A model generated the notes under the pieces. That model had not been told where the DNA came from and made no database searches. It saw nothing but the letters and a program-made list of their open reading frames with translations. Both the position numbers and the translations under genes were made by a program. Positions 15,094 through 23,000 of a stretch of DNA of 32,000 bases are shown here, piece after piece (the first letter of the stretch is position 1; each line of letters begins with the position of its first letter). Source of the stretch: Bacillota bacterium. Its GTDB lineage: Bacteria; Bacillota; UBA4882; UBA8346. The stretch covers positions 1-32,000 of the forward strand of contig JAAYHS010000108.1 in assembly GCA_012735315.1 (NCBI GenBank). The letters run 5' to 3'.

Positions 15094-16386
15094 TCAGAAA
15101 TGGAACATAAACTGTAAACCATATCGATCATCATAAGTCACCAATTCCAAATTCAGATGATCATTTATAAAGATGCCGATTACCGCTTCGTTCGGACTCC
15201 CGTCGATACCGATTCTCAGATCAAAATAATCGCCGCGGTCAAATTGATTATGAAACCAGATTGTTTTGTAATAGTGATCAAATTCATATTCAAGCGCGGC
15301 GGTAAAATTAGAAGCCAACTGCCAGCGATAACCCGCGCTCAACCTTCCTCCCGGGTGGTCCCCCCAAAAATATCTGGCATAGAGCTCGGATTCATCTACT
15401 TTATAGCCTAAATAACATTGAAAATTACCGAAATCAGTTTCGTCTCCAATAAAATATCTGGCCTCCAGCCGGTTTTGAAAAGTTTCCGATTCGGCCTTCA
15501 CCTTGATCCGGGTAGTTACTCCGGCTTCAATCCCCAATTTGACCTTTAATCCGGCCCGCTCCATTTCGGATAAACCATTTAAATAACCGGTCAAATAGTT
15601 CTCCAACCGGACTTGGTAATGCTTTAAAAAAAGGACCGGCAAACCTTTTAAAATATTGAAACACTCTTGATATGGCTTGACTTTCCGCCTGACCAACCAA
15701 TCAGGAAAGTTGGTGGAATTATAACTGACTTTTATATTCTCAATAACCGGGGCTATCGGTTTTAAAACTATTTCAAACTCCGTCTCGGGGCCCGTATTCA
15801 TGGAAAACCGGCAATCATAGCCGGGCAACTCCTTTTCCACCAAATAGTGAACCGCTTGGTCGATAATGCCTTCGGACCAAGCAATCGAATCCACGGGCAG
15901 CCCGATTAAGATTCGACTCAATTCCTTTTCCAGCAGTTTGGTAATGTCTTGCGACAATTCGGTAATCTCCGGGGAAACCCCCTCGATCAATAAATGCACA
16001 ATTACTTTTTTTACCAACGGGGGAGCGGGTCTCAATTGCACAATAATTTTACTGTGTCTCCCGGGGAAGAGATCTACCCGCTCCAATTCGAAACCGTTCA
16101 AAGCCTTGGAAAAAACTTTAAAAATGGCTGTTTCCAAAGAAACCCGGTTTGCTTCTAAAACGGAAATGGAACGCGCGAGTAAAATTTTTTCACCGACTCG
16201 CCCGATGCTAAATTCCATTCTGTCCCTTAAGCCATCATAAACATCGCTTCCCAGATTCAATTGAACTTCGACTGACTCCACCCTTTCCTCTTCAGCGGCG
16301 ACGCTTACCGACGGTTCAATAATCGCCAACCCAATCAGGACCAAAACAAGAGCACCGGTTACTAATAGCTTAGGTCGAGTTATCAC
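15094..16386 (-). CDS. Outer-membrane protein of unknown family: POTRA-like N-terminal repeats + small C-terminal beta-barrel
   Basis: Signal peptide is LVTGALVLVLIGLAIIEPSVSVAA. Two junction motifs, IVQLRPAPPLVKKVIVHLLIEG and IVLKPIAPVIENIKVSYNS, resemble the POTRA junction FVVVENPPFKEVKISG of the adjacent BamA. The last ~150 aa show alternating amphipathic strands (RLEARYFIG, FQCYLGYKV, LYARYFWG, RLSAGYRWQL, FTAALEYEF and others) and end in YGLQFMFHF, an aromatic-terminal OMP beta-signal. GTG start is at 16384-16386. Confidence 0.6.
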   Translation of the reverse strand: MITRPKLLVTGALVLVLIGLAIIEPSVSVAAEEERVESVEVQLNLGSDVYDGLRDRMEFSIGRVGEKILLARSISVLEANRVSLETAIFKVFSKALNGFELERVDLFPGRHSKIIVQLRPAPPLVKKVIVHLLIEGVSPEITELSQDITKLLEKELSRILIGLPVDSIAWSEGIIDQAVHYLVEKELPGYDCRFSMNTGPETEFEIVLKPIAPVIENIKVSYNSTNFPDWLVRRKVKPYQECFNILKGLPVLFLKHYQVRLENYLTGYLNGLSEMERAGLKVKLGIEAGVTTRIKVKAESETFQNRLEARYFIGDETDFGNFQCYLGYKVDESELYARYFWGDHPGGRLSAGYRWQLASNFTAALEYEFDHYYKTIWFHNQFDRGDYFDLRIGIDGSPNEAVIGIFINDHLNLELVTYDDRYGLQFMFHF

Positions 16387-16485
16387 TTAATCACCCCGCG
16401 TATCGAAGCCCTTGTGAAAAACCGGAGCGGCTTCCGCGCCTGCTTCCCGAAAGCAAGGTGGGTTTTCGAAGATATTCCGCATCTC

Positions 16486-18261
16486 TTAGAACATTTCTCC
16501 TATGCTAAAGAGAAATTTATCTTCCGCTCCGCCCCAAGCCTGGTCGAAACGGAGCATTCCCAGAAACGGAATGTTGACGCGAACCCCAAACCCATAGTTG
16601 TCGGCGGTATTGGTGTTATCGACGCAACCGGCGTCATAAAACAACACTAATTCTATATTTCGGTTCATTGGAAGTCTGTAACGAAGCTCGGTATTAAATA
16701 GTACGGTTTGATTTCCGATTAATTTGGCGTTCTCCGGATCCGCGTAACGGTCGCCGTCATAGCCGCGGAGCTTATACATTCCGCCTAAATAAAGCCGATT
16801 GTAATCAGGGTAATCCCCTGTTAAATAAGTTCCTTGAAGCCTGGCTCCCCAAACCAAATCCTTCGCCAGCGTCTTAAACCATTTTCCTTCCAACATATAT
16901 TTATTGTAATTGAACTCGCCGCCGAGAATATTTCCGGCAACCGTATAACCGCCGTAATAATATTTGCCTCCGGAAACGAATTGCGAGTCGGCGTAGACCA
17001 GCTTGTTTCTAATGATTTCCAACGCGACGGAATTGTCCCAAAAATGCAGGGGATGTTTAAGAGTTTCTTCCTCCGGCCGCGGTACTACTTCATCCTTTTG
17101 GTTTCTAATCTCATTGATTATATTTTCTTCAAAATTCAATTTTAACCGGGCGGTGGTGTCCTTCCAAAATTGGCGACCGAAAGACAAGGAGATCCCTGTT
17201 TGATCCAGATCGATTTCATGTACTCCATTCAGCTCATCGGACCAACCACCCAGCGTCGAATCGAATTCGGTTTCGGAATTCCATAACGACAAACCGAATG
17301 AGGTATGCTTATCATCCAACCAAGGTTCATAAAATGTGAACTGGATATTATCGCTATCGCTATCAAAGCTGACATCAATGGAAACGCTTTGGCCCAGTCC
17401 CATCAAGTTGCCCTCGGTGAACTTGAGAAATCCGCCAATATTCCCGGTTTGTTCACCATAAGAAACACCGGCCTCAAAAGTCCCGGTTAGAGCTTCTTGA
17501 ACCTCGATCACCAGATCCATTTTTTCCGGATCGAGACTCTTTTCCCAGCGCATATCGATGCTGTCGAAAAGACGCAAACGGGTCAATCTGGCATAATCTT
17601 CTCCTAATTCATTATAGTCGATGATATCCCCTTCTTTGAACGACAGCTCTCTCCGGACGACTTGTTCCTTGGTTTTTACCAAACCGAGGACCACCGTTTT
17701 TCCGTACTTCAATTCCATCAGTTCCAAATTGACGGTTCCGTCCGGTTCAAGATCCACTCCCGGGGTCCTTGATTCGACAAATAGTCCCTTCTGCTCCCGG
17801 CAAAAATTCTTCAGTTTGACTAAGTCCTCTCCGAATATTTTGGTATTAAAGATTTCTCCCGATTTTTGGGAAAAAAATCCCTGCAATTCTTCTGGTTTTA
17901 CCTTGGTTAAACCCGAAATTTTAACCTCCTTAAAAGGCGGGTTTTCAACCACCACGAAATTAAGCTTAATTCCATCGAATATTTTCTCGGTATTAACTTG
18001 AATATCACTGAAAAAACCCAAGTCGAAAATGGCCCGCATGTCTAATTGAATTTTTTGAGGGTCCAGCGGTTCTCCGATCTTGGTGTTTGAAACTACTCCC
18101 AAAATTTCAGTTGTCGATATGTGGTCATTTCCTACGACATCAAGCGAATAAATCCGGGGATTATCATTTGCTTGAGCCATTATTGGTGATCCGACGGCCA
18201 TCATTAATACCGTTACAATGAAAATTGGTATCGTATTTCGGAAACGGCCTAATAACTTCAA
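16486..18261 (-). CDS. bamA: BamA/Omp85-family outer-membrane protein insertase with a short (~3 POTRA) periplasmic region
   Basis: Signal peptide ending PIMAQA, then ~230 aa of POTRA-type sequence (IYSLDVVGNDHISTTEIL..., FKEVKISGLTKVKPEEL..., YGKTVVLGLVKTKEQVVRREL...). The Omp85 barrel follows (GTFEAGVSYGEQTGNIGGFLKFTEGNLMGLGQ ... YLGGMYKLRGYD ... GFGVRVNIPFLGMLRFDQAW) and ends in SIGEMF. I prefer TTG 18259-18261, which has AGGGGGA 5 nt upstream. The track uses TTG 18318. Confidence 0.85.
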   Translation of the reverse strand: MKLLGRFRNTIPIFIVTVLMMAVGSPIMAQANDNPRIYSLDVVGNDHISTTEILGVVSNTKIGEPLDPQKIQLDMRAIFDLGFFSDIQVNTEKIFDGIKLNFVVVENPPFKEVKISGLTKVKPEELQGFFSQKSGEIFNTKIFGEDLVKLKNFCREQKGLFVESRTPGVDLEPDGTVNLELMELKYGKTVVLGLVKTKEQVVRRELSFKEGDIIDYNELGEDYARLTRLRLFDSIDMRWEKSLDPEKMDLVIEVQEALTGTFEAGVSYGEQTGNIGGFLKFTEGNLMGLGQSVSIDVSFDSDSDNIQFTFYEPWLDDKHTSFGLSLWNSETEFDSTLGGWSDELNGVHEIDLDQTGISLSFGRQFWKDTTARLKLNFEENIINEIRNQKDEVVPRPEEETLKHPLHFWDNSVALEIIRNKLVYADSQFVSGGKYYYGGYTVAGNILGGEFNYNKYMLEGKWFKTLAKDLVWGARLQGTYLTGDYPDYNRLYLGGMYKLRGYDGDRYADPENAKLIGNQTVLFNTELRYRLPMNRNIELVLFYDAGCVDNTNTADNYGFGVRVNIPFLGMLRFDQAWGGAEDKFLFSIGEMF

Positions 18262-18418
18262 AAATATCCCCCTAACTATAGATGTTGCCTCAGTTTTTTG
18301 AGAAAACCCTTGCAACAAATATTCATTGATTTAGTTGAAAAAAGTTCAATTATTTCACCATTCACACCGGTTTTGGGGGTGTAAAGGCCATACTCAAAGC
18401 TTTTCTCAACTTAGATGG

Positions 18419-19066
18419 TTATTTCCCACTCCGCAAACTGCGTGAAGCCTCTATATAAAGGGCTTCTTCATCGATGGTAAACTGCGATGCCCGGCGCAAC
18501 CGGACCGGGTTTTGAAGGTTTTCCGGTTTAGCTCGATCTTGTTTTGTTTCCACAGCTATAGCGACAGAAGAATCGGGTTCGGATTCGGGTTCTATTTTGT
18601 CTTTTGCGGCATGACTGACCGGTTTAACCGAATTCGCGGGTTGCTTTTGAACCGCCGCCGACTCGTCTACATTTAACTGACTATTATCGGAAGCGAGTTT
18701 CAACTCCGAATCGAGGATAGCTTTTTTCTCGGACCGCTCAAAGACGCCGGTTAAATATTTATGGAAATTATCCCTTTGGAACCCGAACAACAACCCGAAA
18801 AACACCAAAATCGAGGCGGCGACGGCCACCAAGTTTTTAAACTTACGCTTGGGAAGGCTGGTCTGTTTCTTTGAAACGTATCTTCCGCGACTAAGTTCCC
18901 AAACATGTTTAACTTCGGCCTGGGCTAAGTTTAAAGTCATTTCGGCATGAACCGGGTTCGCCTGTTTATAATATTCGCTGGCTTTGTCAAGCCATCCCTT
19001 GGCGTCTTCAATATGTTCGATTAATTTTTCCGTTTCAAAACGGCTGTCGTATTTTCCCACCTTCAT
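18419..19066 (-). CDS. Single-pass membrane protein, unknown family (candidate sigma-factor partner / anti-sigma)
   Basis: A ~75-aa helical cytoplasmic N-domain is followed by a KRKFK stop-transfer, a TM segment (LVAVAASILVFFGLLFGF) and a ~115-aa low-complexity periplasmic tail. There is no HxxxCxxC zinc motif. It lies 182 nt downstream of the sigma gene. ATG is at 19064-19066 with GAGGGTGAGG upstream. The function is inference from architecture and position only. Confidence 0.55.
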   Translation of the reverse strand: MKVGKYDSRFETEKLIEHIEDAKGWLDKASEYYKQANPVHAEMTLNLAQAEVKHVWELSRGRYVSKKQTSLPKRKFKNLVAVAASILVFFGLLFGFQRDNFHKYLTGVFERSEKKAILDSELKLASDNSQLNVDESAAVQKQPANSVKPVSHAAKDKIEPESEPDSSVAIAVETKQDRAKPENLQNPVRLRRASQFTIDEEALYIEASRSLRSGK

Positions 19067-19085
19067 CCCTCACCCTCATAATAAT

Positions 19086-19122
19086 CCTCATTATTTAAGA
19101 TCGCTTAATTGAGGTTTTTTTT
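19086..19122 (+). terminator. Terminator-like hairpin + T8 on the plus strand (antisense to the local genes)
   Basis: CCTCA..TTAAG-atcg-CTTAA.TGAGG (19086-19114; 5+5 bp with an internal loop) is followed by TTTTTTTT at 19115-19122. On the minus strand the same hairpin is followed only by AUUAUUAU. Confidence 0.3.
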
Positions 19123-19180
19123 GTACATCAATATAAAGGGAAATTTGGGCATCTGGCTTTAAAATATTCGCCTTTCTTTA

Positions 19181-19208
19181 ATTTTAACATAATTTCGACC
19201 TACTTCAA
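19181..19208 (-). promoter_or_regulatory. Candidate promoter for the 215-aa membrane protein gene (TTGAAG-N16-TAAAAT)
   Basis: On the minus strand TTGAAG is at 19208-19203 and TAAAAT at 19186-19181. It lies in the sigma/TM intergenic region. This is resemblance only. Confidence 0.3.
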
Positions 19209-19248
19209 CCGTTTACTCAAACCGCCGCCGCAAGTCTCTTAAGCGCGA

Positions 19249-19893
19249 TTAGCTTTTAGCCTTAATCTCCGCTCTAAGCTTGGACAACATCCCCCGCAGC
19301 CTTTGCAAGGCTTTTTTTTGAAGTTTATAAAAATAAGAAAGACTAATATTCATTTCCTGAGCGGTAGCGCTCGGTTCCTTATCCAATAAATATAAATCAT
19401 AAATCACCTTTTGTTCCTTGGGGTTTAGCCGTGAAATCGCCTGATTTACCTGTTCGTTGATGATCCCGGCGGTTACCTCTTCCTCTACGTTTACCTGTTT
19501 ATCGGCGAATTGGGCCAAAAAATCTTCAACCGCGTCTTCATAAACAGCCACTTCCAACGCGTCTTGATATGACCGAAGCCGTTTTAGATAATCGATCATC
19601 CGGCCCCGAATCCGACGGGAGGCAAAAGTGCTAAAGCGCACCCCGAATTCATAATTATAGTTTTCGACCGATTCAATCAGACCAACCGTTCCTTCTTGAA
19701 TCAAATCGAAAATTAATTCTTCATGGCAGGTTATTCGAGAGGCGATCTTATAAACCAACGGTTGATAAGACTCGATTATCCGCTGACGCGCTTCTCGAGA
19801 ATTCTCGACTTTAAACTTGGTCCATAAGAGCCGTTCCTCCGACCGCGAAAGCAGTGAAATTTTAGATAATTCAGCCAAGTAATCCTGGATCAA
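19249..19893 (-). CDS. Sigma-70 family RNA polymerase sigma factor, group-3-like (FliA/SigF-type), not ECF
   Basis: Region 2 is YQPLVYKIASRI...DLIQEGTVGLIESVENYNYEFGVRFSTFASRRIRGRMIDYL. The DLIQEG..GL and FST(F/Y)A..IRG motifs are characteristic of groups 1-3. Region 4 HTH is LNPKEQKVIYDLYLLDKEPSATAQEMNISLSYFYKLQKKALQRLR. The protein is only 214 aa with a short acidic region 3. TTG start is at 19891-19893. Confidence 0.85.
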   Translation of the reverse strand: MIQDYLAELSKISLLSRSEERLLWTKFKVENSREARQRIIESYQPLVYKIASRITCHEELIFDLIQEGTVGLIESVENYNYEFGVRFSTFASRRIRGRMIDYLKRLRSYQDALEVAVYEDAVEDFLAQFADKQVNVEEEVTAGIINEQVNQAISRLNPKEQKVIYDLYLLDKEPSATAQEMNISLSYFYKLQKKALQRLRGMLSKLRAEIKAKS

Positions 19894-19989
19894 TTGGCAC
19901 CTTCCCGGGACTATCCATCAGCGATAATATGGTTAGCCGCTAAAAGAAAATCCGCTTATGGTAAAAGGTATTTCTCTTTAATCCGGAGA

Positions 19990-20026
19990 GTTCCTGCATA
20001 TTAACGACATAAAGTAATTCAGGAAC
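19990..20026. promoter_or_regulatory. Inverted repeat GTTCCTG-N23-CAGGAAC between tamB stop and sigma gene
   Basis: Perfect 7-bp arms at 19990-19996 and 20020-20026, starting 13 nt after the tamB stop and ~100 nt upstream of the sigma TTG. No T tract follows on the minus strand. Confidence 0.25.
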
Positions 20027-20038
20027 AACGGCGCTTTT

Positions 20039-23000
20039 TTAAAATCTAAACCGATAAGTGAGCCGCCATGAAGTCTCCTCTTCCTTGGGAAAACTCCCTC
20101 CGACGATCAAATTTGAGGTCAGATAATACTCCAGCTCCCATTTTTCCTTCGGTTGATCGGATAAGGAACGGCTATACGATAAGAACAGCCCATCGGAGAC
20201 ATATTCCCCCAGGTTAACCCGAAACTCATCTTCAATAAAATCACGTTCCAGATATAAATAATCCAAATCCAAAGCTTGGCGCAGTTCATAAAAGACTTCG
20301 CCGAAAACGGTGTCCGTAATCATACTCAAGTTCGTAGTAGCGACGCCTTTCACGGTTAACGGTTTGTCGCCCCGCAACTCCGACCAGTTCAACATCGCGA
20401 ACAAGTCCTCCTCGGCTAACGGAGGATATGAATAGAGATTAATCGCCAGATTTTCCCCAATTTGCCCTTTCACGGTTAAGATGACTTCCGCCGCCGGAGT
20501 CGACATCCGGGAATCAACATCGATGTAAGGATTAAAACCTTGAGAAAATTTGAAGGCGGCTTTAGCATTCTTCACTTTAAACGTTTGCCCGTAAAGAGTC
20601 AATACCCCTTTATCGGAATTGGCCTCGCCGCTGATCAAAGGCTTTTGAAGGTCTCCTCCGATCCGCAGGTCGCTTTCAACTTCAATATCAGCCAAACCTA
20701 TCTGCCGATACCTGACATTTTTGCCTGTTGTCACCCTAAGATCGAAGCTGGGGTTCCAAGCAATGCTCGAAGCCTTTTCCTTGGAGATTTTTAAAATGCC
20801 GACCTTGGTTTCAAAGAGACGCACATCCCCTGAAAGCTTCGAATCGGCCGGTGTACCGGACAATTGCAGCTTAGCGTCGGCATATCCGTCAAAATAGTTA
20901 TTGCGGTAATATAGTTTGGAACCGTCCAAATTGAGATCGAAATGCAGTTGGTCTTCTTCCCCGAATAATAAGAGTTCGCCGTTTAAAGTAAACCGCCCGT
21001 TTCCATAACCGCCTCGCGCTTGTTGAATCGAAATTCGGTTACGCTCGATTTCCACTGCCGCCCGCATGTTGGTAATGGGCAACGGTAAATCGGAGACGGC
21101 GATTCCGATGTTGGTCGCTTCCAGATTGCCGGAGAATACCGGCCATCCATACCTGCCTTGTATTTTAAGATTACCGTTGACCAAACCGTTGGTAACCGTA
21201 ACATTTTCGGGAAGATAAGAGTTAATAATCTCCAGTGAAGTATTTTTAAATCCAAATTCCAAATTAATGCTTCGAAAAACGGCGCCGGAATTATCCGACC
21301 GCTTCATTATGGAAAGAAACTGCTCCGGCCATGGCAAATAACCGTGGGCGCCGACGGATCCGTTTTTAGTGTTTAAGATGCTCTCACTAATGTAAAATCC
21401 TTGCTCCTTAAAATTTCCCCGTAATTGAAGATCGCCGAGACGATTCCGATTTAGGGATAACCCGTTTACCTTAGCTTGGGTTTCTCCGAAAATTCCAGCG
21501 CTCGACCATGTTAAATCCGATTCAAGATCAATAGCCCCATCAAACTGGAGATCGGGACCTAAAAATGAACCGAAAGGCGCTAAGGAAAAATCCTTCGCGT
21601 TTATTTGAAGTTTTGAAACCGAATCCGGTTCCCAGACTCCGGTCGCCAGCAAACTGCCCGAATATTGCCTGAGTTTAAGCTGTTTGAGCAGGAGCCGTTT
21701 GTTTTGATAACCCAATTCGAACTCCCCTTCAACGGGCGCCCCGCTAAAAACGGCCTTGGTCAATTCCCCGTCAATATTAATTACCGGTTGATAGGGGTCT
21801 CCGGTGATGTTGATTAGCCCCTCAAGTTTCCCCTCGGCGTCAAAACCGGAAACACCTAATACCTGACATAGCTTGACGAGGTTAAGATCGCTGACGTCAA
21901 CCGCCAAATCCAGTCTTAGCTGTTTGTTAAACCCTATCACGCCGTCGATATTAACTTGAAAATCCTCGCCCCCCAAATTAATCCGGGATATTCTTATTTC
22001 CCGCTCTTTCCAATCAACGGCGCCGGAGTAAATCTCGCCGGAAAACGGCCCAAACAACACTTTTCCGGATGAAATCTCAGCCTCGAATAAAGGGCGGGCG
22101 GGTTTGCCGAGCAATCTCCCTTCCAAATCAAATCGTCCCTGAAGTGTGGCGCCTTTGAATTCCAATCCCAACGAATCAAAACTAATCCGGGTACCCTTCA
22201 AATTAAGATCTAAATTATCACGGTCAACAGTTCCCGAAATTTCGATAACGGAATCGCTATCCGTCAATACCATCCGGTTGAGATTGATTTCCCGGAAATT
22301 CCCTTCAAATTGAATTGCGCCGCGCTCCATCTGAAAGTTCCCCACGCTGGGACCGTTCAAAAATATATGAGCCGTGTAATTGGGATTTTCGATTGGACCA
22401 AAAAATTCAAAATTTAAGGTTCCCGTTCCTCCCAACCGCAGTGAAGGGTCAATCGGCAACCATTGCATAAACCCGTTCAGTTGAGCGTTGTCACTATTCA
22501 TGGTTAGGTTAACGTTGGGTTGCGCCGCCAGATCAATACGGCCCTTAACCGAGTAATCGCCCGTTTCGGAAGCCACTTGAAGCGCGTTAATATCAAAGCC
22601 TTGATCCGTATATTCAATACTGCCGGTTATCTCTCCCAACGGTTTCGCTAAATAGGTGGTTTGTTTAAGCGAACATTGAATCTTGCCTTTCAGATCCGAC
22701 AACGGTCCCTCAAATTCAAAGAGACCGTCGAACACTCCATCAACTGAATACTTGCGGGCAAGCGGCGATAAATCGCTCAACTGTACCCGTTCGGCGTTAA
22801 AACCGGCGGATAGTCTTTGAAAGTCCCAAGCGAGATGGCCATAAATCCGTCCCCGCCCGGCCCGGGCTTGGATGGAATCCACCAGCAACTTGTGATCGGT
22901 CCAAGTAAATACCCCTTGAATGCTTTCCAAACCGATTTTTTCATGGTTGAAATTTTCACCTTTAAAAGTTCCCAGAATCGTTCCCGGATCAAATATTTCC

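Noticed and set aside
16416-16439. Possible terminator between bamA and the 430-aa OMP gene (CGGAAGCCGCTCCG followed by GTTTTT on the minus strand)
   Set aside because: Only a 4-5 bp stem can be drawn and the U tract is 5 nt. That is too weak to call, so the two genes are more likely co-transcribed.
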